DNA of 64,000 nucleotides from Gammaproteobacteria bacterium (GCA_023266115.1 JAHFRU010000003.1:65978-129977), one strand, 5' to 3'. Counted from the first letter of the stretch, positions 10,700-20,636 are shown. Numbers and translations: made by a program. The notes: a model not told the origin generated them from the letters alone.

Positions 10700-12346
10700 A
10701 TGACGTTATTCACTGCGATTATCTTCACCACGGGCGCGGTCACGCTGGCACTTGAGTTGCTCGCGTCGCGCATCATGACGCCGTATTTCGGCGTCAGTCT
10801 CTTTATCTGGACGGGAATTCTGTCGATTACGCTGCTGTCGCTGGCGCTCGGCTATTACCTGGGCGGCCGGCTTGCCGTGCGTGCGGCGCAGCGCCCGGAC
10901 TACACGGAGCGGTTACGGTATCTGTTTCTGGGCATGCCGGCGGTGTCCGCCATCAGCATCGGCGCAGCCTGCCTGGTCTATCCGGTGACCTTCCTGCATC
11001 TGGCGAGTTTCAGCCTGGTGTGGGGATCATTTGTTGCGTGCCTGATTCTGTTGTTTGTGCCCTTGGTCACGATATCGGCGATGAATCCCCTGTTGATCGC
11101 GTTGCGCTCGTCCGGGCAGGGCGACCGTGGCGTGGTTGGGGACAGCGGTTCCGGGCTGGTCTTTTTTATCAGCACGGTCGGATCGGTACTGGGCGTCTGG
11201 CTTACGGCGTTTCTGTTTATTCCCAACCTTGCCAACGCGACGTCGGTATTGATGCTCGGCGCTATGTTGTCGAGCATGTCACTGCTGGCCGGTTTGTTCG
11301 CGCCGCAGTTTGGCGGCGGGTTGAAAAAGCGCATGGTGATGATTGCCGTGGTCGGGCTGATGATCTGCGGCGGCATACTCGCGGGCCGGTCGTCGCTGTT
11401 GAAAAACGACCGGGAAATCGTATTCAACAATGCAACCTGGACCGTGGAGAAGGAATATTTGTCGTTATACGGCAATATCAAGGTGCTGGCGCGAACGCGG
11501 TTGATGCCGTCGGGTGCCGGCGCGTCTGGCCCGTATGACCGGCAGATTATTTATTACCAGGACGGCATGGTGCATGGCGTGATCAATCCGCAGGGCGAGT
11601 CACAGGTGGTATACAGCTATGCACTGGAAGGCCTGGCGAAGGCGTTTCTGTCGCCGGGTGATCATGCGCTGGTACTCGGGTTGGCGGGCGGCGTGGTGCC
11701 GATGCGTCTGGCGCGACAGGGCGTAGTCGTGGAGGCGGTTGATATCAATCCGGACTCGGTGCAGGCCGCCGAGGATTTTTTCGGCTACGACGCCGCCATC
11801 GTCAAGACGTACCGGCAGGATGCGCGCAGCTTTATCAATCAATGTACGCAACGCTACGATGCCGTCATCGTCGACCTGTTTACCGGTGATGGTATCCCGG
11901 ATTACCTGCTCACCCGGAATTTCTTCGCTGACATGCGCCAGTGTCTGCGGCACGACGGCGTTATCGTCATCAACGCCTTCACCGTCCCGGAACATTTTAA
12001 GGCGTCGTACCACATGTTCAAAACCTTGCGATCGGTGTTTCGTCACCTGGTGGTGTTTCATGACGACATCCGGGACCGGGATGAGCCGATGCATCTGTTC
12101 ATGGTCGCAACCGACCGCGAAGCCGTCGGGAATATTTCAATTTCGGTCGGCGGTGTCCCGCCGGGGTTGCTGAAGGATCTACAACGTATTTTTGCCGCGC
12201 CCCGGCCGCTAGACCCGGCCATCCTCGCGCAGGCGACGGTGGTGACGGATGAGTTGAATATTTTTCCGATACTTAATCAGGATATCTACATGGCCTACCG
12301 GCGCAAGCTCCTTGAGATCATTCCGCCGGCGTATCTGGTGAACTGA
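10700..12346 (+). CDS. Fused membrane domain / spermidine synthase-like SAM-dependent enzyme
   Basis: N-terminal TMs with ELLASRIMTPYFGVSL; LVLGLAGG, VDIN, QDAR, IVDLF motifs. Confidence 0.85.
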   Translation: MTLFTAIIFTTGAVTLALELLASRIMTPYFGVSLFIWTGILSITLLSLALGYYLGGRLAVRAAQRPDYTERLRYLFLGMPAVSAISIGAACLVYPVTFLHLASFSLVWGSFVACLILLFVPLVTISAMNPLLIALRSSGQGDRGVVGDSGSGLVFFISTVGSVLGVWLTAFLFIPNLANATSVLMLGAMLSSMSLLAGLFAPQFGGGLKKRMVMIAVVGLMICGGILAGRSSLLKNDREIVFNNATWTVEKEYLSLYGNIKVLARTRLMPSGAGASGPYDRQIIYYQDGMVHGVINPQGESQVVYSYALEGLAKAFLSPGDHALVLGLAGGVVPMRLARQGVVVEAVDINPDSVQAAEDFFGYDAAIVKTYRQDARSFINQCTQRYDAVIVDLFTGDGIPDYLLTRNFFADMRQCLRHDGVIVINAFTVPEHFKASYHMFKTLRSVFRHLVVFHDDIRDRDEPMHLFMVATDREAVGNISISVGGVPPGLLKDLQRIFAAPRPLDPAILAQATVVTDELNIFPILNQDIYMAYRRKLLEIIPPAYLVN

Positions 12347-12411
12347 GCAGCACCCGAAACGCGACGGACCGCTCCATGGGCGGCCCGTCGAGTCAACCCC
12401 GCTGGTGAGCG

Positions 12412-12801
12412 CTAGTTGGCGATATTTTTGTTCAGACGGTCGGTCCAGTACTGGGCGTACACCATGTTCTGCGGCAACCCGAACCACCCTTCGGTGTAGG
12501 CGACGGCCAGGAATTGCTGCGCTTCCGGTACGCCGTTCTCCGCGGCGCGCTGGTACCAGGTCAGGGCCTTTTCCTCGTTCGCTTCGACGAACAGGCCGCC
12601 GTGGTACATCAACCCGAGGTTAAACTGCGCGCGAGGATCGCCGCTTTCCGCCAGCGACTGCCAGGTTGTGAATGCGGCGCCGTAGTCTCCCTGGAGTGCC
12701 GAGGCGGTGCCTTCTCCATAGGTAGTGCCGGCGACGGAAACCGACGCGGCGGCGAACAGGGAAGCTGCCAATAAGCACTTAATCGAACTGGTGAATTTCA
12801 T
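12412..12801 (-). CDS. Secreted Sel1-repeat protein
   Basis: Signal peptide; AESGDPRAQFNLGLMY, WYQRAAENGVPEAQ. Confidence 0.88.
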   Translation of the reverse strand: MKFTSSIKCLLAASLFAAASVSVAGTTYGEGTASALQGDYGAAFTTWQSLAESGDPRAQFNLGLMYHGGLFVEANEEKALTWYQRAAENGVPEAQQFLAVAYTEGWFGLPQNMVYAQYWTDRLNKNIAN

Positions 12802-12868
12802 ACATCCTCTCCGGATTACAAGCCACAAATTCGGTAATGTGGTTATCGGACGGAGATCACGACGAATG

Positions 12869-12884
12869 TGTGATACCGATCACA
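12869..12884. promoter_or_regulatory. CRP-type binding site
   Basis: Exact TGTGA-N6-TCACA, ~70-85 bp upstream of the Sel1 gene. Confidence 0.6.
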
Positions 12885-12989
12885 AATCGGTAAGTTTTGC
12901 TGGCCAATCAAGAAGTCCGGGGGGCTTTCGCCAGCACAGAACCGGCCATCAGGCGGGAGTATCTCCGGACCGTGATCTGACCCGCCAGC

Positions 12990-13299
12990 CTAGCGATACC
13001 CTGCACGAGAATTGAGAACACTACGGCGGCACCACACAGGAACGTCCGCGGGGTTGACATGCAACGCGCCGGCGAACAGCAAAAAGCTCGGCATGCCCTG
13101 CATCAGCGTTTCGCTGAAATCGATTTCACGCAGCAATTGTCGCGTCTGATCTTCACTCGCAAACCCGAATTGGTCAAGGGCGATCAGGCTGAGCGAGAAG
13201 ACCGGGTGCGATCAGCGTCAGGCCGCTATAGCGGTGATTGACCCAGGTGAACAGCGCCGACAGCGTGATGAGGATGGCAACGATCTCGAACAGATTCAT
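12990..13299 (-). pseudogene. Remnant of a CPA1/NhaP-type Na+/H+ antiporter (frameshifted, internally deleted)
   Basis: MNLFEIVAILITLSALFTWVNHRY, then shifted frame VFSLSLIAL..EIDFSETLMQGMPSFLLFAGALHVN, then shifted again to the C-terminal motif VVFSILVQG. Confidence 0.8.
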
Positions 13300-13309
13300 T
13301 CGCGGCGGA

Positions 13310-14527
13310 TCACCGCAACGGCTGTTGCGCGAGCCGTGGCAGATCGCCGTGCGTGCCCATGGCGTGCCGCGCGAGGAAATTTTTTACCGGTACGGCCTTG
13401 TCCGTGACCGTCAGGCCGACGTTGCGTAGCCATGCCACCGGCGCCAGCGATGTGCCGAACAACCGCTTGAAGCCATCCATCGTTACCATGGTCAGCAGGT
13501 TGTCGCCCTTGCGCCAGCGCTCGTAACGGCGCAGCACATGTATCGCGCCGAGCTCCTTGCCGGCCCGGTGCGCGTCGCACAACACCTCGGCCAGTGCTGC
13601 GGCGTCGAGCAAACCAAGATTGACGCCCTGACCCGCCAGCGGATGGATGGTGTGCGCCGCATCACCGACCAATGCGATACGCGGACGGACGTATTGCGTG
13701 GCGGTCTGCAGATGCAGGCCGAACGCGGCACGCGGCCCGACGCCGCTCACCACCCCGAGGCGCCGGTCGAAGGCACGGGTCAGGGCGTCGCGAAAATCGG
13801 CGTCATTCAGCGCGACAAGCTGGTCGGCATGGTCAGGCGATGTCGACCAGACGATGGAGCTCGCGCCGTTGGCGAGCGGGAGAAACGCCAGCGGCCCGGT
13901 TGGCAGAAACCGCTGCCAGGCTGTTTCGCGATGCGGCAGCCCGGTCGTTACTGTGGCGACCATGGCCTTCTGCCGGTATTCCCAGCCGCGTGTGCTGATG
14001 CCGGCCAGCTCGCGCACGCCCGATCGCGCGCCGTCGGCGCCGACGACCAGGCGCGTCTCGATACGACGGTTGTCATCGAGCGTGAGGACGGCGTGCGACT
14101 CGCTGACGGTGAGTGCGGTCAGCCTCGCCGGGTGGATCATGTCGATGTTATCGAACGCGCCGATGCGTTGCGTCAGTGCGCGCACGATCACACGGTTTTC
14201 GATGATATGGCCAAGCAACGGTTCGCCGATATCGGCACTGTTGAAATGAATCTCGCCGCTGCCGCCGGCATCCCAGACATGCATGTCTCGAAACGGGCTA
14301 ATACGCTCATCGGCCATGGCCTGCCATGCGCCCAGCGACTCGAAGATATTCTGCGACGCGCTTGTAATCGCCGACACGCGCAGATCGAATGCGTCGCCTT
14401 GCCAGGCGGGCGGCGGATTGGCGTCCACCAGCGCTACGCGCAAGCCGCTGCCGCCCAGTGCGCAACCGAGTGTCGCGCCGACCATGCTGCTGCCGATGAT
14501 AACGACGTCGTAGCGTGCCTGAGTCAT
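13310..14527 (-). CDS. ubiI: UbiH/UbiF/VisC-family FAD hydroxylase, probably UbiI
   Basis: RVSAI, GADGARS, GDAAHTIHPLAGQGVNLG; pepP-ubiH-ubiI order. Confidence 0.8.
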   Translation of the reverse strand: MTQARYDVVIIGSSMVGATLGCALGGSGLRVALVDANPPPAWQGDAFDLRVSAITSASQNIFESLGAWQAMADERISPFRDMHVWDAGGSGEIHFNSADIGEPLLGHIIENRVIVRALTQRIGAFDNIDMIHPARLTALTVSESHAVLTLDDNRRIETRLVVGADGARSGVRELAGISTRGWEYRQKAMVATVTTGLPHRETAWQRFLPTGPLAFLPLANGASSIVWSTSPDHADQLVALNDADFRDALTRAFDRRLGVVSGVGPRAAFGLHLQTATQYVRPRIALVGDAAHTIHPLAGQGVNLGLLDAAALAEVLCDAHRAGKELGAIHVLRRYERWRKGDNLLTMVTMDGFKRLFGTSLAPVAWLRNVGLTVTDKAVPVKNFLARHAMGTHGDLPRLAQQPLR

Positions 14528-15753
14528 AGCCGCAGGCCTCTGGCGAGCCGGGTCTGGCGGCCGGACAGTCCCATGGTATGGCGCGTCAGCAGATGTTTCG
14601 CGGCCGGCAATATGTCAACGGCGAGCAACCCGAGGTTACGTGCCCAGGCGATTGGCGGTAATGGATTGGAGAAAATGCGTACCAGGCTGTCGGTGAACGC
14701 GATGACCCGCTGATGATCGCCGCGCCGCCACTGCGCATAGCGTTGCAGCACCGCCTGAGCGCCCGGGTCACCGCCACTGGCTGTCGTCTGCGCGACAATT
14801 TCGGCGAGCACCGCGACATCGCGCAGACCGAGATTGAACCCCTGGCCCGCCACGGGGTGCAGTGTATGTGCCGCGTTACCGATCAAGGCAACGCGCGATC
14901 TGACGTGCGCGGCGACACGATTCAGCGACAGCGGATAGGCGTGACGGGTGCCGATGCGTTCGAACCGGCCGAGCCGGTAACCAAAGCGCTGTTGCAATGC
15001 ATCCAGGAACTCTACGTCGCCGAGGCCCATCAGCGTGTCGACGTCTTCATTGCGCGCCGTCCAGACCAGCGAGCAGCGGTTGTCCGTCATCGGCAGTAGT
15101 GCGAGCGGGCCGCTATCGGTGAAGCGTTCATAGGCGGTGCCAAGGTGCGGCCGACCGGGGGTGACGTTGCTGATAATCGCTGTCTGACCATAATCCCAGC
15201 GACGTGCGGGTATGTCGAGTAAGCGGCGCACTGCCGAGTTGGCGCCGTCGGCGCCGACCAGCAACAACGTGGTGACGGTGCGTTCGGCGCCATTGTCGTT
15301 GATAGTCACAGTGGCGGCCTCACGGTCAACCTGCAACCCGGCCAGTGTCGCCGGGCTGAGCAGGTCGATGTCCGGCCGGGCGGCGAGCATAGCGCCGAAC
15401 AACGCTCCCAGTATGCGGTTTTCGATCACGTAGCCCAATGCATCGACCCGTTCACGTGCCGCGTCGAGACGCGTGATGCCAAAGCGGCCGCGGTCGGAGA
15501 TATGGATGTTGCGTATCGGTGTCGCGTGGTCCGCAAGCGGCTGCCATAGCCCCATGGTTTCGAAGATACGCCGCGTGCCATAGGCAAGGGCGATCGAGCG
15601 GTCATCGTAGCCGGGTTGGGAGGCGGCGCCGAACGGTACCGCCTCGATAACGCCGATCCGTAACTGCCGGTCGCGCAGCGCGCACGCGAGACTGGCACCG
15701 ACCATGCCGCCGCCGACCACCAGGATGTCGTAGTCCGTCTTGCGCGGCGTCAT
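14524..15753 (-). CDS. ubiH: 2-octaprenyl-6-methoxyphenol hydroxylase
   Basis: GGGMVG, DDRSIAL, AYERFTDSGPLALLP, GNAAHTLHPVAGQGFNLG. Confidence 0.9.
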   Translation of the reverse strand: MTPRKTDYDILVVGGGMVGASLACALRDRQLRIGVIEAVPFGAASQPGYDDRSIALAYGTRRIFETMGLWQPLADHATPIRNIHISDRGRFGITRLDAARERVDALGYVIENRILGALFGAMLAARPDIDLLSPATLAGLQVDREAATVTINDNGAERTVTTLLLVGADGANSAVRRLLDIPARRWDYGQTAIISNVTPGRPHLGTAYERFTDSGPLALLPMTDNRCSLVWTARNEDVDTLMGLGDVEFLDALQQRFGYRLGRFERIGTRHAYPLSLNRVAAHVRSRVALIGNAAHTLHPVAGQGFNLGLRDVAVLAEIVAQTTASGGDPGAQAVLQRYAQWRRGDHQRVIAFTDSLVRIFSNPLPPIAWARNLGLLAVDILPAAKHLLTRHTMGLSGRQTRLARGLRL

Positions 15754-17169
15754 TCAGCGGCCGCCGGCGGCCATCAGCGCCTCGATATCATCGACTGTTT
15801 TCGGCGCCGCCTCGGTCAGTACCCGGTTGCCGGCACCGGTGACCAGTACGTCGTCCTCGATCCTGATGCCGATCTTCCACCACTTCTTCGCGACGCCGCG
15901 CGTGCCGGACGGTATATACAATCCGGGTTCCACCGTCAGCACCATGCCGGGTTTGAGCTGGCGCCATTTGTTTTCGGTCTTGTAATCGCCGACATCATGC
16001 ACATCCAGCCCCAGCCAGTGGCCGGTGCGATGCATATAGAATTTGCGGTAGGCGTCCTGCCTGATCAGCGTCGTCACGTCGCCTTTCAGCAGGCCGAGCT
16101 CAACCAGTCCCCGGGTCAGCGTGCGTACCGCTGCGTCGTGCGGGGCGTTCCACGGGCTGCCGGGCCGAACCTGCCGAATGGCGGCATGCTGCGCCGCAAG
16201 CACGATTTCATAGATCGCGCGCTGCTCCTTGCTGAAACGACCGCTCACCGGAAAGGTTCGGGTAACGTCGGCCGCATAACCTTCGTGCTCGGCACCCGCG
16301 TCGATCAGTAGCAGATCCCCGTCGCGCAGCTCGGCGTCGTTCGCGGTGTAGTGCAGTACGCAGCTGTTGTTGCCGCTGGCGACAATCGGCGGGTACGCCG
16401 TCTCGCGGCAGCCACCGTACATGAATTCGTGGCGCAGCTCCGCCTCGATCTGGAATTCGGTCATGCCGGGCCGGCACAGCCGCATCGCGCGCCGGTGCGC
16501 CGCCGCCGTCACACGTGCGGCATGACACATCACGCCGATCTCGGCGCGATTCTTGATCAGGCGCATTTCATTCAGCACATGATCGAGCGCGACGAAATCG
16601 ACCGGCGTATGAGCGCCGGTGCGATAGCGCTTGCGCACCTCGTTCAACCAGTCCGTCAACCGGGTGTCGAGATCGCTCTGGTAGCCCATCGCATGGAACA
16701 CCCGCTTCGCCTTTTCCAGCAGGCCAGGCATGATCTTGTCCACCTGATCGATGGCGAAGGCCTCGTCGGCGCCGTAGATCTGGCATGCGCCGTCCTGGCC
16801 GGCGTAGCGTCCGCACCAGCGCTCCACCTCCGGGTTATGTTTGCGGCAGAACAGAATATATTCGCCTTCGGGGCGACCGGCGACGAGCACAGCGATCGCG
16901 TGCGGCTCGGGAAAGCCGGTCAGGTAAAGAAAACTGCTGTCCTGGCGATACGGGTGTTCAACCTCGCGATTGCGCATCTTCACCGGGGCGGCCGCGATGA
17001 TCGCGACGCCACCCTTGCCCATTTTTTTCAGCAATTTCTGCCGGCGACGGGAGAATTCCTCCACGCCGATGGATGCGCTATCGCCGTGTGAACTTATACC
17101 CGGCGAGGCCGAGTGATCTACCGTCACCGCGTCGGGCCGGCGCTTTCTGTCAGTGGATGACCGGTTCAT
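15754..17169 (-). CDS. pepP: Xaa-Pro aminopeptidase (true start may be up to ~35 codons downstream)
   Basis: YRQDSSFLYLTGF, DVTRTFP, HWLGLDVHD, TVEPGLY, GIRIEDD. Confidence 0.93.
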   Translation of the reverse strand: MNRSSTDRKRRPDAVTVDHSASPGISSHGDSASIGVEEFSRRRQKLLKKMGKGGVAIIAAAPVKMRNREVEHPYRQDSSFLYLTGFPEPHAIAVLVAGRPEGEYILFCRKHNPEVERWCGRYAGQDGACQIYGADEAFAIDQVDKIMPGLLEKAKRVFHAMGYQSDLDTRLTDWLNEVRKRYRTGAHTPVDFVALDHVLNEMRLIKNRAEIGVMCHAARVTAAAHRRAMRLCRPGMTEFQIEAELRHEFMYGGCRETAYPPIVASGNNSCVLHYTANDAELRDGDLLLIDAGAEHEGYAADVTRTFPVSGRFSKEQRAIYEIVLAAQHAAIRQVRPGSPWNAPHDAAVRTLTRGLVELGLLKGDVTTLIRQDAYRKFYMHRTGHWLGLDVHDVGDYKTENKWRQLKPGMVLTVEPGLYIPSGTRGVAKKWWKIGIRIEDDVLVTGAGNRVLTEAAPKTVDDIEALMAAGGR

Positions 17170-17734
17170 CGGGTGTCTGGTCGCTGTTCAGATGTTGTAA
17201 CTCCGCATGCAGCAGCAGCACGCCGATGCGCAGGTATTCGACGATTTCCACGTAGGCGTTTTCCTCTTCCTCATCCTCGACTACGGCCGCCGGATCGGTG
17301 CGGGTGAGATCGATCAGGTCCTGCATGAATTCGTTGATTTCGTCCGGCAGACGGTCGAAGTCCTCGAAGCCCGCAGTGCCCAGCCCGTAGAGGAATCCCT
17401 TGCACCAGTTCATCAGCGCTTCCATGCGGATATTCAGGGGCAGTTCGTCAGCGGGCAGTAACAGCCGGAAGCTTAGTTCCGGATCACGCAGCTGGCGCAA
17501 GGTCTCCTGGCGCAGCACATCCAGCAGCGGGTCGTGCCCGGGCGCTACGGTGGGTTCCGGGTCAGGCGGCATGTCTGTGGCGATGATACCGGAAATGTGC
17601 GGTGCCAACGCCGCCTCGTACTCGGCGCTGTTATCGACGCACAGCAGGCCGCAGAGCGTACCATGATGTTCGGCGGCATCTTCGTCGCTGCCGATTTGCT
17701 GAAGAGCCACTGATATTTCTGCATGATTCGCCAT
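17150..17734 (-). CDS. ygfB: UPF0149 family protein (YgfB-like)
   Basis: AEHHGTLCG, WCKGFLYGLG, EIVEYLR; upstream of pepP; start uncertain. Confidence 0.85.
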   Translation of the reverse strand: MANHAEISVALQQIGSDEDAAEHHGTLCGLLCVDNSAEYEAALAPHISGIIATDMPPDPEPTVAPGHDPLLDVLRQETLRQLRDPELSFRLLLPADELPLNIRMEALMNWCKGFLYGLGTAGFEDFDRLPDEINEFMQDLIDLTRTDPAAVVEDEEEENAYVEIVEYLRIGVLLLHAELQHLNSDQTPDEPVIH

Positions 17735-17956
17735 CGCAAACTTGGTCATGATGTTATACAAGGTTGGCGGAGAAAGTGATGGAGGGCGCCCGCTTCTTAT
17801 TTGAAATCAGTAAATTAAGATCGGCATAACATCGCTTTGCAGGCTGGCCCCGATGCGCCTGTGCCGACCATCCTACCACTTGTCGCCGCCGATACTCAAA
17901 GTATCGGCTGACGCGCAGCCGTTGACCAGTATTTGAGCGCCATCTATATTGAACGG

Positions 17957-18208
17957 ATGAAACCAGTAAAAACCAGAGCCCGCGCGCCGAAGCACGCGTC
18001 ATCCGCAGAACAGGAAATGACCAGGCTTGAGTACTGGGTCGATGAATTGCTCAAGACCTGCGAACGCCTTGGCAAGGAAAATCGTCTTTTGCGTGCACAG
18101 GAATCGGAGTTGTTATCCGACCGTGAACGCTTGACTGAAAGGAACGAGCGGGCACGTGATCGCGTTGAAGCGATGATCATGCGGCTTAAAGCATTGGAAA
18201 AGAATTGA
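17957..18208 (+). CDS. TIGR02449-family coiled-coil protein
   Basis: ARDRVEAMIMRLKALE C-terminus; overlaps zapA start (TGATG). Confidence 0.8.
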   Translation: MKPVKTRARAPKHASSAEQEMTRLEYWVDELLKTCERLGKENRLLRAQESELLSDRERLTERNERARDRVEAMIMRLKALEKN

Positions 18209-18516
18209 TGAGCAGCAAGCTGGTGCCGGTGTCGGTACAAATACTCGACAAGGAATACAGGGTCGCGTGTCCCGAAGAGGAGCGCGACGAATTGCTGGCG
18301 TCCGGACGACATCTAAACCAGAAGATGAAGGAAGTCCGTGATGCCGGCCGGGTTGTCGGGGTCGACCGGATTGCGGTGATGGTCGCACTCAATATGGCAC
18401 ATGATGTGCTGTACCGTGCGACAGATGACGACGCCGATGTGCCGAACAGAAGGGTACAGTTATTGCAGCAGAAAATTGAAAAGGTGCTGCACAAGCTCAA
18501 TCAAATCGAGCTATGA
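18208..18516 (+). CDS. zapA: Cell division protein ZapA
   Basis: ILDKEYRVACP, RIAVMVALN. Confidence 0.92.
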   Translation: MSSKLVPVSVQILDKEYRVACPEEERDELLASGRHLNQKMKEVRDAGRVVGVDRIAVMVALNMAHDVLYRATDDDADVPNRRVQLLQQKIEKVLHKLNQIEL

Positions 18517-18549
18517 ATGCCGGCGGTTGCCGATATAGAATGGGACACA

Positions 18550-18737
18550 GGCGTCCCCTGCGACGTTCGAAAGCAGACTGGGTATTATCTTGAGCCTAAC
18601 TGCGTACCCTGGGAACGAAATGTCGATGTTGTTGTGCATGTCCGCCTTCGGTGGAAAGCCTGATACATCGCAATGAGTGCCCACTTGAACCCTTGGTTCA
18701 AGAGCGAAGGTCTGCAGCGGCGTAGGCGGGGGGCGCC
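18550..18737 (+). ncRNA. ssrS: 6S RNA
   Basis: Between zapA and fau; terminal pairing GGCGTCCCC/GGGGGCGCC, TTGAGCC, CTTGAACCC..GGTTCAAG; ~185 nt. Confidence 0.9.
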
Positions 18738-18813
18738 TCTTTATATCTGCGTAATCCCGATGCCGTTATCCACACGCCATTCGTTGAAACCCCGACGGTA
18801 GCAATCGCCACCC

Positions 18814-19431
18814 GTGTCGTCCAAGGCCGATCTCCGCAAACAGATGCGCCGCCAGCGGCGTGGTCTGTCGGCTCAGCAGCGCCGGGCGTCCGCCGAACAG
18901 ATGGCATATCACGTGGCGGGAAGCGCGCTGTTCCGTCGCAGTCGGCATATCGCCGGTTACGTCGCCAACGATGGTGAACTCGATCCGATGCCCCTCGTCG
19001 AGATCGCCTGGGCCATGCAAAAGATCTGCTATCTGCCGGTGCTGGACGCGTTGCACCCCAGCCGCCTGTGGTTTACCCCCTATTTCCCCGACAGCGAACT
19101 GGTGCCAAACCGGTTCGGTATACCCGAGCCGAAAATGTTGCGACGCCGGCGGGTACCGCCATGGCGACTGGATCTGATGTTAGTGCCGCTGGTAGGTTTT
19201 GACAGTGATGGTAACCGGCTCGGCATGGGCGGCGGTTTCTATGATCAAACACTGGCGTTTCTGCAGCGCCGCAGCTGTTGGAAGAAGCCCCGGCTGCTGG
19301 GTGTCGCCTACGATTTCCAGCAGGTGAACCGCCTGCCGGTGGAACCGTGGGATATCCCGCTCGATGGCATTGCGACCGCGTCATGCATTCACGTCATCGA
19401 TCGCGGTCGAACGGGGTACTCGGGAGTCTGA
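18814..19431 (+). CDS. fau: 5-formyltetrahydrofolate cyclo-ligase
   Basis: NRFGIPEP, VPLVGFD..GNRLGMGGGFYD, WDIPLD. Confidence 0.93.
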   Translation: MSSKADLRKQMRRQRRGLSAQQRRASAEQMAYHVAGSALFRRSRHIAGYVANDGELDPMPLVEIAWAMQKICYLPVLDALHPSRLWFTPYFPDSELVPNRFGIPEPKMLRRRRVPPWRLDLMLVPLVGFDSDGNRLGMGGGFYDQTLAFLQRRSCWKKPRLLGVAYDFQQVNRLPVEPWDIPLDGIATASCIHVIDRGRTGYSGV

Positions 19432-19434
19432 TGG

Positions 19435-19893
19435 ATGCGCTATTGGCTGCTGAAATCCGAACCCGCGACATTCAGTATCGACGATCTCAAAGGCCGTTCG
19501 GATCGCACCGAACACTGGGACGGTGTGCGGAATTACCAGGCGAGAAACATGCTGCGCGACGGTCTGAAGAAAGGCGATCTTGCGTTCTTTTATCACTCGA
19601 ATTGTGATCAGCCCGGGATCGCCGGTGTCGTTGAAGTTGTCAGAGAAGGTTATCCCGACTTTACAGCGTTTGACCCGGACTACGACCACTTTGATCCCAA
19701 AAGCACACCTGATACGCCGCGTTGGTACATGGTGGATGTCCGGTTCAAGCGCACTTTGAAGCGCGTGATCACCCTGGCGGAACTCAAGCAACATCCGCTG
19801 TTGCACGAGATGCCGTTGCTTGCACGTGGTAATCGTCTGTCTGTAATGCCGGTTACCAAGGTGCAATGGAATTACATTCTGTCGCTCGTCTAG
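19435..19893 (+). CDS. EVE domain protein
   Basis: YWLLKSEP, WDGVRNYQARN, FFYHS, RLSVMPV. Confidence 0.92.
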   Translation: MRYWLLKSEPATFSIDDLKGRSDRTEHWDGVRNYQARNMLRDGLKKGDLAFFYHSNCDQPGIAGVVEVVREGYPDFTAFDPDYDHFDPKSTPDTPRWYMVDVRFKRTLKRVITLAELKQHPLLHEMPLLARGNRLSVMPVTKVQWNYILSLV

Positions 19894-20391
19894 CGCTGAT
19901 CGAAGGTTGTTTCGTATCGCAACCGGTGATTGGTTTTTACGTTCGAGCCGCGGTTAACACAGTCGACGTGTTGACCGATTAATTGCGCAGGTCACCCGAA
20001 AATCGTAGCTACACGCATGTTTTTTGCCAAATTTCGTAAAAAAATCGATCATTCACCAAGTTTTTGTTGTGCCCATACAACATTTTTCTGTTTTTCTGAT
20101 TGGCGCAGTTCATGTCACATGATCATCGCGTGAAAGATTTTTTTGTGATTACGTTGTCATGCGCAAACGTTCGTGCAATCAAAAACTGGTTTGCCGAATA
20201 CGTTGTCTTGCATGCAGATGCGCAATCGCGAATTAAAAAAAATCCTAAACTCTTTTGTGATGTCGACGATATAGCGAACTAGACAATAAAAATGGAGTGA
20301 TGTTAAAAAGTAGATTGCTGGAAAAAAATACTAGCAATATATAAAAAGACGTTTATACTAATTTCCGGACCAACACCGTGGAGGAAAGAAG

Positions 20392-20589
20392 ATGGCAAAG
20401 AAACGAGCCACCTCTAAAAAGAAGACAGCAACAAAGAAGAAAGCAGTAAAGAGACGCACCGCCAAGAAGAAAGGTGGCGCAAAGAAGAAAACAGTAAAAC
20501 GTACCGCGAAGAAGAAAGCGGCCAAAAAGAAAACCGCTAAGAAGAAGGCAGCCAAGAAGAGAAAGACTGCCAAGAAAAAAGCCAAGTAG
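20392..20589 (+). CDS. Histone H1-like Lys-rich DNA-binding protein
   Basis: GGAGG SD; 65 aa with 32 K + 5 R and no D/E; followed by two terminator hairpins. Confidence 0.8.
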   Translation: MAKKRATSKKKTATKKKAVKRRTAKKKGGAKKKTVKRTAKKKAAKKKTAKKKAAKKRKTAKKKAK

Positions 20590-20603
20590 TCGTTTGGCTT
20601 ACT

Positions 20604-20635
20604 AACCACAGGCCTCATCGGGGTCTGTGGTTTTT
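20604..20635 (+). terminator. Intrinsic terminator after the H1-like gene
   Basis: AACCACAGGCC/GGTCTGTGGTT stem plus T run. Confidence 0.65.
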
Positions 20636-20636
20636 C

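Noticed and set aside
19435..19893. EVE protein as a defence component
   Set aside because: Stand-alone EVE behind fau with no nuclease partner and ordinary composition; looks like core genome.
20358..20618. 86-aa Phe/Leu-rich ORF resembling a membrane protein
   Set aside because: Antisense shadow of the Lys-rich gene, which has the SD and terminators.
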